Source: Desulfobacterales bacterium (GTDB taxonomy: Bacteria > Desulfobacterota > Desulfobacteria > Desulfobacterales > UBA11574). From it: DNA of 43,513 nucleotides. The notes under the pieces were generated by a model. That model did no database searches. It was given only the letters and a program-made list of their open reading frames with translations, and was not told the origin of the DNA. Position 1 is the stretch's first letter, and every line of letters begins with the position of its first letter. Below, in pieces: positions 27,903 through 36,453 of the stretch. The translations under genes and the position numbers were made by a program. Where the stretch lies: NCBI GenBank assembly GCA_050117895.1, contig JASFLX010000001.1, positions 1 to 43,513 of the forward strand, in the 5' to 3' direction.

Positions 27903-28334
27903 TTACCAGACCAGAGACTTATGGATCCACCCCTTGTCTCCATCAGCATGCTGACCGTAAATCCAGCTCCCTTTGCGTTTGATAACCATAAACGGAATTC
28001 CCTTTTCAACCGTGAATACGATCGCAAAACCGGTGCCCGGACCCGATCGAATATTGCAATTTTCTTTTTTTGTAATAAAAGATGGAATATTACGGACAAG
28101 CGGTTTATAAATCCACCCCTCATCTCCCTCAAAATCTCTAAAATGATACCATTGACCGGACTTTTTTATAATATTCAGGGGGTGGTATTTTTCGATTTCC
28201 CATAAGATGTCATAATTTTCTCCGGGTCCGGAACGTACATTGGCCACTGAAACCGCAACGGCCAATCGTTCAGCCCAAGCCGCGCTGCTGAATAATAACA
28301 GCAGAATCGTTATCATCAATGAACAATGTTTCAT
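27903..28334 (-). CDS. secreted protein with two bacterial SH3 domains
   Basis: Signal peptide MKHCSLMITILLLLFSSAAWA. Two repeats of NVRSGPG...W...GD.GWI. Start set to ATG 28334. Confidence 0.7.
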   Translation of the reverse strand: MKHCSLMITILLLLFSSAAWAERLAVAVSVANVRSGPGENYDILWEIEKYHPLNIIKKSGQWYHFRDFEGDEGWIYKPLVRNIPSFITKKENCNIRSGPGTGFAIVFTVEKGIPFMVIKRKGSWIYGQHADGDKGWIHKSLVW

Positions 28335-28451
28335 TTTTAAAGATAACGCCCTTTCGGATTTTATTAAGACTGTCTTTTTACATTCAACAATTGAACGATC
28401 ATTGAACCAAAAGTCAATGGAATTCTTCATTAGAAATCCGGGACATACCGG

Positions 28452-29387
28452 TTACAGAAACATAAACCTGCGTTTTCGGCGGTCGAGTCGGTCAACCCCT
28501 TCTTCCCTTGCCGCCTCCAAGGCCGTTTTATAATCCTTTTGTGAAAGATAATCGGAAAGTTCCTTTATTTCTGCGGCTCTACCGCAGGGCCTGTACTGGG
28601 GCATTATATTTACATAAGTGTTGGATGAAATTTTATTTGCAATAAATCTCATTATTTCGCGTGTTCCTGCAAGTCCATGGGGTAACACAAGGTGCCGTAC
28701 CAAAAGCCCCCGCCTGGCTATACCCGATTCATCGGTAATAAGATCACCGACCTGCCGGTGCATTTCAACAAGCGCTTTTCGGGCGACCTCCGGGTAATCT
28801 TGGGCGTCGCAAACGGTTTTTGAAATTTCAGGATCCCAAAATTTGAAATCCGGCATATAGATATCAAATACCCCTTCAAGCAGTTTCAGGGTTTCAACAC
28901 GGTCATACCCCCCCGTGTTATAAACCAGGGGAACCGAAAGACCGTGATCGACGGCTATTTCAACAGCGGTAAGGATTTGGGGCACAACATGGGATGGGGT
29001 AACGAAATTAATGTTGTGGCATCCTGCATTTTGTAAATGGAGCATGATACCGGCAAGGTTTTCATTGGATGTCTGTTCACCATGACCCAGGTGGCTGATA
29101 TCGTAATTCTGGCAGAAGATGCACAACAGATTGCAGTGGGTAAAAAAAATGGTGCCGGATCCATGGGTGCCCACCAGAGGGTCCTCTTCTCCAAAATGAG
29201 CATTAAAGCTTGAAACATATGCTTTTTCACCGGTTTTGCATATACCGGTTTCACCGGATAGGCGATTTACCTTGCATTTTCGGGGGCAAAGGGTGCAGGA
29301 GTTCAAAATTTTATACGCTTTTTCAATCTTTTCCGAAAGCAATCCCTTTTTAGAAGTTTCAATATAGGCGGGTTTAAAAAGCGACAT
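28452..29387 (-). CDS. radical SAM enzyme (PFL-activase-like, AmmeMemoRadiSam-type)
   Basis: CNLLCIFCQN CX3CX2C cluster, preceded by an N-terminal CTLCPRKCKVNRLSGETGIC cysteine motif. Confidence 0.75.
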   Translation of the reverse strand: MSLFKPAYIETSKKGLLSEKIEKAYKILNSCTLCPRKCKVNRLSGETGICKTGEKAYVSSFNAHFGEEDPLVGTHGSGTIFFTHCNLLCIFCQNYDISHLGHGEQTSNENLAGIMLHLQNAGCHNINFVTPSHVVPQILTAVEIAVDHGLSVPLVYNTGGYDRVETLKLLEGVFDIYMPDFKFWDPEISKTVCDAQDYPEVARKALVEMHRQVGDLITDESGIARRGLLVRHLVLPHGLAGTREIMRFIANKISSNTYVNIMPQYRPCGRAAEIKELSDYLSQKDYKTALEAAREEGVDRLDRRKRRFMFL

Positions 29388-29473
29388 ATGTTATAGCTTC
29401 CTTCTGGGATGATTAAAATTGCCCATAATATGGTTTTAAAAAATATCCCATATTTTTTCCTTCCCGTATGCCT

Positions 29474-29535
29474 GGTTTCAGGTGTCAGGTGTCAGTGCCT
29501 CTGTCCGTCATTCCTGACACCTGACACCTGAAACC
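29474..29535. repeat. perfect 22-bp inverted repeat (18-nt loop) abutting the feoB stop codon
   Basis: GGTTTCAGGTGTCAGGTGTCAG (29474-29495) / CTGACACCTGACACCTGAAACC (29514-29535). Each arm contains CAGGTGT twice. No U-tract on the feoB strand. Confidence 0.8.
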
Positions 29536-31716
29536 TTAAGCCAGCAGAATGGTTCCCCCCTGATATATGCAAAAAGCAACTATCCACGCAAGGGATGTAC
29601 TATAAACAACGCTGAAAATCATCCATTTATAGGAACCGGTCTCACGTCTGATGGCAGCGACTGTTGCAAGACACGGCATATATAAAAGTACAAAAGCCAT
29701 CATTGCAAGAGCCCCCAGAGGTGTCATGCCGGAGGATAACAGTGCGTTTTGGAGTGCTGCCGAATCTTCTGTTTGATCCGTAGCATAAAGTATTCCCATG
29801 GTACTTACAACAATTTCTTTGGCAACAAAACCGGTAAGAAGAGCGATACTGCCGCGCCAGTCGATACCGATGGGTGCAAACACGGGCGCAAGCAATTTTC
29901 CTATATTGCCCATAAAAGATTTTTCCGCTTTTTCAGCCTTCTTTGCTTTTATGAGCTCTGCAACCGCAACGTCCCGTTTTTTTGCGAGCAGCTTTTTGTC
30001 AAATTCGTGGGCGGTTTCAATTTCGGCGTTATAAGATGCCTTGACCGCTGAAATTTCCGAGTTATAGTCCGATGAATATGATATGTTATGAGGAAATGCC
30101 GACAGAATCCATACCACAATCGAACCCACAAGGATAACGCCTCCCATCTTTTTTAAAAAGATCTTGCTTCGATCCCACATATGAATCAACAGGCTTTTGA
30201 TCATCGGGGCTCTGTAGGGCGGAAGTTCCATGACAAACGGTGCATCAGCACCTCTTAAAAGGGTGGATCGGAAAAGGCGGCCGGTGACAATGGAGAGTAT
30301 AATCCCCGCCAGGTATATGCCGAAGATAACGGTCCCGGCCCTGGCACCGAAGAATGCACCCGCAAGTACAATATAGACCGGCAGTTTTGCCGAGCATGAC
30401 ATAAAAGGGGTGATAAGAATAGTAAGCGTGCGGTCTTTTTCACTTTCAAGGGTGCGGGAGGCCATAATGGCCGGAACATTACACCCGAAACCCATCAACA
30501 TGGGAATGAAGGATTTGCCGTGAAGTCCGATAAGGTGCATGATCTTGTCCATCAGAAAAGCCGCTCTGGACATGTAGCCGGTATCTTCAAAAATGGCGAT
30601 ACAGAAAAAAAGAATTAAAATATTCGGAAGAAAGATGGCAACGCTCCCCACTCCAGCGATGACGCCGTCCAAAAGGAAATCCTTAAAAAGATTATTCGGG
30701 AGAACATGGGCTAAAGATTTTGAAAAAAGGTTAACCCCCATGTCGATCCACTCCATGGGATAGGCGCCCAGTGAAAACGTTAACTGGAACATGGCCCAGA
30801 TAAAAAAAATAAAGATGGGAAAGCCGACAAATCGGTTGGTAAGAACCAGGTCAATGTTGCGTGAAATATCGACCCGCTGTTTTGTAGAGGTTGTCAGGAC
30901 TTCTTTGATAATTCCGGCGATAAATCCGTAACGTTCATCTGTCATTACAATTTCCGGATTATCATCGAAACGGTCCACGAGAAAGTCTCGGTGTGTCTGG
31001 GCTTCCTGAAGAATCTCCCGGCTGTTTTCTCCGGCCTTGTTGAGAACACGGTTCTTTACAATTTTGTCATCTTCTAAAAGTTTTATGGCTGTCCATCGGG
31101 GGTTGTAAGGAATTGGCCCTTCCGTCCAGTTTTCGAGAAAGGACTTTAGACTGGAAATCGAATTTTCAATATCTTTGCTATATTTGACTCTCCGTTTTTT
31201 AGGGATCTCATAACTCGATTCTGCAAGTTCTATGGCTTTTTCCAGAAGTGTATCAATGCCCTGGTTTTTGTTTCCGACGGTAAAAACTACAGGTAAATCG
31301 AGAAGTTCAGAAAGCTTTTTACCGTCAATTTTGAATCCCCGTGATCGGGCAACGTCTGCCATATTTAGAGCGAACAAAACCTTGCAATCTATCTCTCTGA
31401 ATTGGGTTGCAAGATAAAGGCTTCGTTCCAGGTTGGATGCGTCGATGATATCGATCACAACATCCGGACGTTCTTCCAGAACAAAGTCACGGGCAATAAT
31501 TTCTTCTATGGTAAAGGGTGTTAAACTATAGGTTCCGGGAAGATCTATAATTTTTAAATCATATCCGAATTTTTTGACATTGCCTTCTTTTTTTTCAACA
31601 GTCACCCCCGGCCAGTTTCCCACCTTCTGCCGGGTGCCGGTCATATTATTAAATATTGTGGTTTTGCCTGAATTAGGATTGCCTGCCAGGGCTATTGAAA
31701 GGCGTTTTGGATTCAT
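29536..31716 (-). CDS. feoB: ferrous iron transporter FeoB
   Basis: N-terminal G domain GNPNSGKTTIFN, DLPGTYS; large polytopic C-terminal domain; 726 aa. Confidence 0.95.
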   Translation of the reverse strand: MNPKRLSIALAGNPNSGKTTIFNNMTGTRQKVGNWPGVTVEKKEGNVKKFGYDLKIIDLPGTYSLTPFTIEEIIARDFVLEERPDVVIDIIDASNLERSLYLATQFREIDCKVLFALNMADVARSRGFKIDGKKLSELLDLPVVFTVGNKNQGIDTLLEKAIELAESSYEIPKKRRVKYSKDIENSISSLKSFLENWTEGPIPYNPRWTAIKLLEDDKIVKNRVLNKAGENSREILQEAQTHRDFLVDRFDDNPEIVMTDERYGFIAGIIKEVLTTSTKQRVDISRNIDLVLTNRFVGFPIFIFFIWAMFQLTFSLGAYPMEWIDMGVNLFSKSLAHVLPNNLFKDFLLDGVIAGVGSVAIFLPNILILFFCIAIFEDTGYMSRAAFLMDKIMHLIGLHGKSFIPMLMGFGCNVPAIMASRTLESEKDRTLTILITPFMSCSAKLPVYIVLAGAFFGARAGTVIFGIYLAGIILSIVTGRLFRSTLLRGADAPFVMELPPYRAPMIKSLLIHMWDRSKIFLKKMGGVILVGSIVVWILSAFPHNISYSSDYNSEISAVKASYNAEIETAHEFDKKLLAKKRDVAVAELIKAKKAEKAEKSFMGNIGKLLAPVFAPIGIDWRGSIALLTGFVAKEIVVSTMGILYATDQTEDSAALQNALLSSGMTPLGALAMMAFVLLYMPCLATVAAIRRETGSYKWMIFSVVYSTSLAWIVAFCIYQGGTILLA

Positions 31717-31758
31717 TATGGATTATCTGAATGCGATATTTTTTCAAAGTTGATACGT

Positions 31759-31986
31759 CTATTTTACATTATCAACAGTAATTTGTGCAGCTTCTTCAAC
31801 CCGAAGTGATACATGATACCCCTTTACAATTAACTCTATAGGATCTTTCAGGGGTGCATATTTTTCAACATAGACCTCGGAACCCTTCAGGAGCCCCATT
31901 TCGAGAATCCTTCTACGCAGAGCCCCGTTACCTCCGATATGAACGATTCTTGCGGTCTGGTTTTCTTTTATATCGCTTAATAACAT
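31759..31986 (-). CDS. feoA: FeoA
   Basis: 75-aa SH3-like FeoA (RRRILEMGLLKGSEV...IELIVKGYHVSLR). Start at ATG 31986 with GGGGAGA RBS. Confidence 0.8.
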   Translation of the reverse strand: MLLSDIKENQTARIVHIGGNGALRRRILEMGLLKGSEVYVEKYAPLKDPIELIVKGYHVSLRVEEAAQITVDNVK

Positions 31987-32002
31987 GAATAAATCTCCCC
32001 GG

Positions 32003-32683
32003 TTAACTTCTAATAAGCTCCACCAGTATCTTCTTTGCCAGCCCACGCCCAAGAGCGTACCGGTTATAATCTATGGCAACCACCAATTGTCCTTTGTCCA
32101 GATTGGTAACTACCTCTATCTTGTCTCCAATTCTCAAACCCATGGATAATAGACGCATACGTGCCGTCGCACCTCCGATAAAATCTTTAATTTCAAACCG
32201 TTCACCTTGTTTGGCATTGACAAGCGTCATGAGTTGTTCGCGATCTTTAAGGCATTTGGAACAGATACCGTAGATTTCCATTTTGTGACGGAGCATGTGG
32301 AAATTATAGTCCGCAGCAATCTGAATCTGCAAGTTTTCAAGCGCTTCGTTCTCAAACTCAAAAATATTTTTACATTTTGTACAGATCATATGATCATGAT
32401 GTTTACCCAAATGTCTGTGTTCATAGCGCACTTGTCCATTATTGAAGCTCATTTTTTGTGCAAAACCAAAACGGCACATAAGCTTCAACGTGTCCCGGAC
32501 AAAATCAGGAGTTAATTCATATCCATTTTCATTAAGAAGCTGAACAAGTTCGGCAACGGTAACGTGTTCCTCGGTCTGAAGAAAAACTTCCAGGATATTG
32601 AATCTATCTTCGAAATAATCAATATCTTCTTGTTTAAAAAGCTTTTCGAATTGTTCTTTTTCTTTTTTATGAACTCGTTTCAT
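32003..32683 (-). CDS. Fur-family regulator fused to a C-terminal FeoA domain
   Basis: Residues about 20-150: winged-helix plus HHDH, CTKC and CSKC Fur metal sites. Residues about 160-226: FeoA-like (ATARMRLLSMGLRIGDKIEVV...VVAIDYNRYALGRGLAKKI). Confidence 0.8.
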   Translation of the reverse strand: MKRVHKKEKEQFEKLFKQEDIDYFEDRFNILEVFLQTEEHVTVAELVQLLNENGYELTPDFVRDTLKLMCRFGFAQKMSFNNGQVRYEHRHLGKHHDHMICTKCKNIFEFENEALENLQIQIAADYNFHMLRHKMEIYGICSKCLKDREQLMTLVNAKQGERFEIKDFIGGATARMRLLSMGLRIGDKIEVVTNLDKGQLVVAIDYNRYALGRGLAKKILVELIRS

Positions 32684-32733
32684 ATGGATTCCTTGCTCAA
32701 ATAATGTCTAAGTATAAGACGATTACGAGTAAA

Positions 32734-32778
32734 TTACGCGTAAGTTATAACATTAATGCTTAGTCAATGCATTGTCAA
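32734..32778 (-). promoter_or_regulatory. feo operon promoter candidate with a palindrome at the start site
   Basis: Minus strand TTGACA (32778-32773), 17 nt, TAATGT (32755-32750). Perfect palindrome TTACGCGTAA at 32734-32743. AATGCATT palindrome in the spacer. Confidence 0.4.
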
Positions 32779-33008
32779 TAAAGCAACTTCCCGGAAATGA
32801 AACAAATATCGTAACTATTCACGGTTTAAATGTTCAGGGTTGGTCGCCCTGGAATTTTTTCATGAACCCTGGCCCAATTTGCCGTTCTCCGCATCGGAAA
32901 TTCTCCGTCTCATAGAGAAAAAGCATACAACAAATCGCAAAATATTGCCCCTTCCTGTTGGAATTTGCAATTTAGTTGAGAGGTCTTGGCGTTTTTATTA
33001 ATATAACC

Positions 33009-33214
33009 GCTCCATGAATAATCCGCAACACCACCGTACAAACTCATGCAAAGGGCTCGTAACGAAAAAACATTGGTTCAATATTTAAATAAATAGACCA
33101 AACAGGTAACATTTTTTATCTTTTCATTTCGAATTCATAAAAGCGCTGTTTTTTCGCAACGATCCCTAATGCATTCAAACAGTGCACGATGGTGTTGCGG
33201 ATCATTCATTCCGC
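33009..33214. repeat. 206-bp inverted-repeat element (second module family)
   Basis: GCTCCATGAATAATCCGCAACACCACCGT (33009-33037) against ACGATGGTGTTGCGGATCATTCATTCCGC (33186-33214), about 24 of 29 complementary. A related solo arm lies at 6198-6226. Confidence 0.65.
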
Positions 33215-33298
33215 TTAATTTTGAGCTCTAAATGAAAAACTCCCCGATTCCTAAATTTAATTAGTTTCAATTTAGAAATCTATATTGGGGACAAATTC

Positions 33299-33442
33299 AG
33301 TTTCCATCCAGAAATGGTAGATTTTGGCTTCCGGCAAGGCCCGAACGAGTTTTTAACCGCAGGCATAGCGCGCTATGTCGAGGATTGAAAACGAGCGAGA
33401 ACGCCGCCGGAGGCCGAAAGATGCCGTTTCTGGATGGAAACT
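33299..33442. repeat. palindromic MITE-like element, copy B (compact prototype)
   Basis: AGTTTCCATCCAGAAATGG (33299-33317) / CCGTTTCTGGATGGAAACT (33424-33442), 1 mismatch. Core CCGCAGGCATAGCGCGCTATGTCGAGGATTGAAAAC. Confidence 0.85.
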
Positions 33443-36233
33443 AATGTCTGGTCAAACTTCCATATATCCGTAACAGTTTGTCGGGCAGTTCGCGGACGTC
33501 AGATATCACATTGTGATGAACATTTCCATAAAGATCATCCAGCTTGGGATCTCCTGCAAAATTAACGGTTATGGCATGAGTATATATGTTTTTCGAACGC
33601 GCCTCGAATATGGCTTTTCGTGTATCTTCAATTGCATAATTTTGCTTGTAATCAACATCGTTGGGGAATCCGTCACCTAAAATAATCAATAAACGGACTT
33701 TTGAAGAAATCTCTTTAAGTTCACGGGTCGCATGGCGGATGGCGGCCCCCATTCGGGTGCTCCGTTGAGGCGTCATGGCATTAATACGCCGCTTGACAGT
33801 ATCATCCATATTTTCATCGAGATCTTTTATGCGAAAGTAATCCACTCCCAAGCGTCCGGTTCCGGAAAAACCTGCGATAGCAAAGGCATCTCCCACAACT
33901 TCCAGCGCTTCGCAAAAAAGTACGATAGCCTCCTTCTCCACATCCAGAACGGTCGCATTTGAACCCAAAACAGCGTTTGCTGTTGAACGTGACAGATCGA
34001 CAAGCAGGAGCACGGCAACATCCCGGGTCTGTTTAATGTGTTTGATATACAGCCTGTCCGATGGAATTTTTCCCGCCTTTTTATCTATGGCAAAGTCTAA
34101 CAGTGCCCGGTAATCGAACTCATCTCCCTCCGTCCATTGTCTTAATCTTATAAGTCCCTCGGGCTTCAACAGTTCAAAAGCATAGCGTATCCTTTTTACC
34201 AGGCCCCTGTAATGTTTTAATGTTAACTTATAAAAATCGCTTTCTTTTTCGGTTATAGATTTGTCGAGCACCCTCACATGAGAATGGAGATAATCCTGCA
34301 AGTTACAGTCCCATTCTTTGTGCCAGGTAACAATACCGGAAAAATCTTCTTTCTGAAGCACGATCGTGTCGTCAGTGCCGAGGAGTTCGGACAAATCCAT
34401 CCAGGATAAGTCTATGGAAACTTTTTGTTGGGATAACATATGAGGCCCGTGGTTTTTCCGAAAACATAATATAATTTCTTTCAGGTCCTGATGGGAAACC
34501 CTACCGTTGTTTTCCATCAGGCGTTTTTTAATATCCGATGTATAGACTTCAAACCCCTTTTCCACGAGTTGAACCTTTAAGATCCTGGCCAAACGCTCAT
34601 ATTTCCGATTCGCACGGAAAAAAAGATCAGGTCTTAATGTACGGCCAAAGGGTGTTTGCATGGGCTTATAAAATCCCTTAAGTTCTTTTTTATCATATGA
34701 CGTCTGGTTCAAAAGTCTTTCCATTTCCGGATAAATTCTGACAACAAGTTCCGCGCAGGACTCAACCGTAGAGTTTTCATTTATTCCTGTTTCGAAAGAA
34801 TCCTTTAACTGCTTGGTATAATTATATATTTTGGCATCCAAGCCAAAATGCTCTTTTTCTGAAATACCCAGGGCAATCCACAGATACAAAAGAAAGACCA
34901 TGTCAACCGGCTTATGGTTTTTAATCATCCGTTCGGCTTCTCGTTGAAGCACGGGAAGGGTCTGCCTGACCAGGCCCGGATACTGACGGTGCAACATCAA
35001 TCGGATGCGGCCGTGTTCGAAGATGGTGAACAAATCCGCTGCCAGCGCCGTGACCGGAAAATACGAGAAAAAACGCTCCAGATCAGATAGATCTTCCCCG
35101 TTTTGGATGACATCGAATTTTAAATCATAATCTTTTAATTCCGGGATGTCCCGGCATTTTTCCATGGCTTTTTCAAGATCAAAATCGAAGGTGCCAAACT
35201 CATAATGTCCGGCTTCAAGTCTTGCAAGGCATTTATATAGGGCTATGTTTTCGGCTTTTTGGGGAAAATGACTGATTTCATCAGGAAGGTATATGAACTT
35301 CCCGTCTGAACAGACAAAAATAATTTTATGGGGATCTGTTAGTAATGAATCCGGGAGTAAAGAAAGCGGCCGCACTGAAACTGCAAGGCCGGTTCTGGCC
35401 ATAAGATAACGGTTCAACTGCTGCCGAACCCGGGAAATATGAATCGTGACCTGCATATCGGTAAAGGTATCGATCCCGAATTTGGATTCCAGTGAAAGAA
35501 ATTTTTTTGTTAGTTTGGGGTTACGTTTTAATTTTTCGAGCCCCACTGAAACAAAACGACTTAAAGCCTCTTTGGAAAGCAGATCCAGTCCTTTTTCAAG
35601 GCCGTCCAGAAAAAAATCGGCCAGGTGACAATCAGCCTTTATCACGCGTCCAAGCTGTTCTGTCTGCCAGGCTCGCTTTGAAGAAGAAAAGGCACGCACG
35701 GCCCCGGGCAGGATATGAGCAAAATGCTGGCTCTGGACATAGGACATATCCTGGGAAAAGATATCGCCAAGCAAATCAAGGGTTGCAGATGCGGCTTCAA
35801 TCTGGTTTCCGTTTAATAATTCCGACAAAACCCTAAGCGGATCTTTCAGGGTATATGTACCTTTGTTCAGCATAATCTCGAGGGTTTGCAAAAAGCGCTT
35901 TAAAAAATGTTTGTCCCCGTATTTTATTACCGGCACAAGATGCTCGGCCATAATCCGCCCCAGCGTCGGACCGTTGCGCCCAAAGTTTCGGACCAGATCC
36001 CGGTAGCGAAAAATTTTTTTAAGATCAACATCCCCAATCAGATCCGCATAACCGATTGCCAGAGTTCGACCGAAAGAAATCTCTCGGGCTAATCCCCACA
36101 ACGTCTCTTCAACCAGCAATGTAAGGCTTTGGTTTGAAACCGGACTGTCTTTCTGATTCAAGGCAGTCGTAACCGCCTTTGCCAGGTCCGGATCGGCAAT
36201 AGCGAGCTGTTTGAGTGGATCTTCTTTGTGCAT
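33441..36233 (-). CDS. large VWA-domain protein (CbbO/NorD-like partner of a MoxR-class ATPase)
   Basis: 930 aa. C-terminal VWA with MIDAS LLLVDLSRSTAN and ILGDGFPND; long helical N-terminal region. Confidence 0.75.
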   Translation of the reverse strand: MHKEDPLKQLAIADPDLAKAVTTALNQKDSPVSNQSLTLLVEETLWGLAREISFGRTLAIGYADLIGDVDLKKIFRYRDLVRNFGRNGPTLGRIMAEHLVPVIKYGDKHFLKRFLQTLEIMLNKGTYTLKDPLRVLSELLNGNQIEAASATLDLLGDIFSQDMSYVQSQHFAHILPGAVRAFSSSKRAWQTEQLGRVIKADCHLADFFLDGLEKGLDLLSKEALSRFVSVGLEKLKRNPKLTKKFLSLESKFGIDTFTDMQVTIHISRVRQQLNRYLMARTGLAVSVRPLSLLPDSLLTDPHKIIFVCSDGKFIYLPDEISHFPQKAENIALYKCLARLEAGHYEFGTFDFDLEKAMEKCRDIPELKDYDLKFDVIQNGEDLSDLERFFSYFPVTALAADLFTIFEHGRIRLMLHRQYPGLVRQTLPVLQREAERMIKNHKPVDMVFLLYLWIALGISEKEHFGLDAKIYNYTKQLKDSFETGINENSTVESCAELVVRIYPEMERLLNQTSYDKKELKGFYKPMQTPFGRTLRPDLFFRANRKYERLARILKVQLVEKGFEVYTSDIKKRLMENNGRVSHQDLKEIILCFRKNHGPHMLSQQKVSIDLSWMDLSELLGTDDTIVLQKEDFSGIVTWHKEWDCNLQDYLHSHVRVLDKSITEKESDFYKLTLKHYRGLVKRIRYAFELLKPEGLIRLRQWTEGDEFDYRALLDFAIDKKAGKIPSDRLYIKHIKQTRDVAVLLLVDLSRSTANAVLGSNATVLDVEKEAIVLFCEALEVVGDAFAIAGFSGTGRLGVDYFRIKDLDENMDDTVKRRINAMTPQRSTRMGAAIRHATRELKEISSKVRLLIILGDGFPNDVDYKQNYAIEDTRKAIFEARSKNIYTHAITVNFAGDPKLDDLYGNVHHNVISDVRELPDKLLRIYGSLTRH

Positions 36234-36317
36234 TGTTTCTTCCGCAACGTTGTTCTGATATCTTATTTGTCCTATGATACCAGCAAAGCGGTTTTTTATG
36301 CTCTACAGGGTTGTTTT

Positions 36318-36430
36318 GAACGATAAACGTCGAACATATTATATTAAAAGATGAACGTCCAACTCGCCACAGGCGAGCAAGCACTTGTCCGCCTCCGGCG
36401 GATCAAACATTGAACGTCGAACGTCGAATA
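36318..36430. repeat. intergenic hairpin cluster flanked by GAACG(T/A)-rich direct repeats
   Basis: GAACGATAAACGTCGAACA (36318-36336) and GAACGTCGAACGTCGAATA (36412-36430) flank the hairpins CTCGCCACAGGCGAG (36363-36377) and TCCGCCTCCGGCGGA (36388-36402). Confidence 0.55.
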
Positions 36431-36453
36431 ATGATGTCGCTCCGCTCCTCAAA

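Noticed and set aside
29474-29535. CRISPR-like or tandem-repeat array (CAGGTGT repeats)
   Set aside because: There are only two heptads per arm, arranged as one inverted repeat. There are no spacers, no further repeats and no cas genes.
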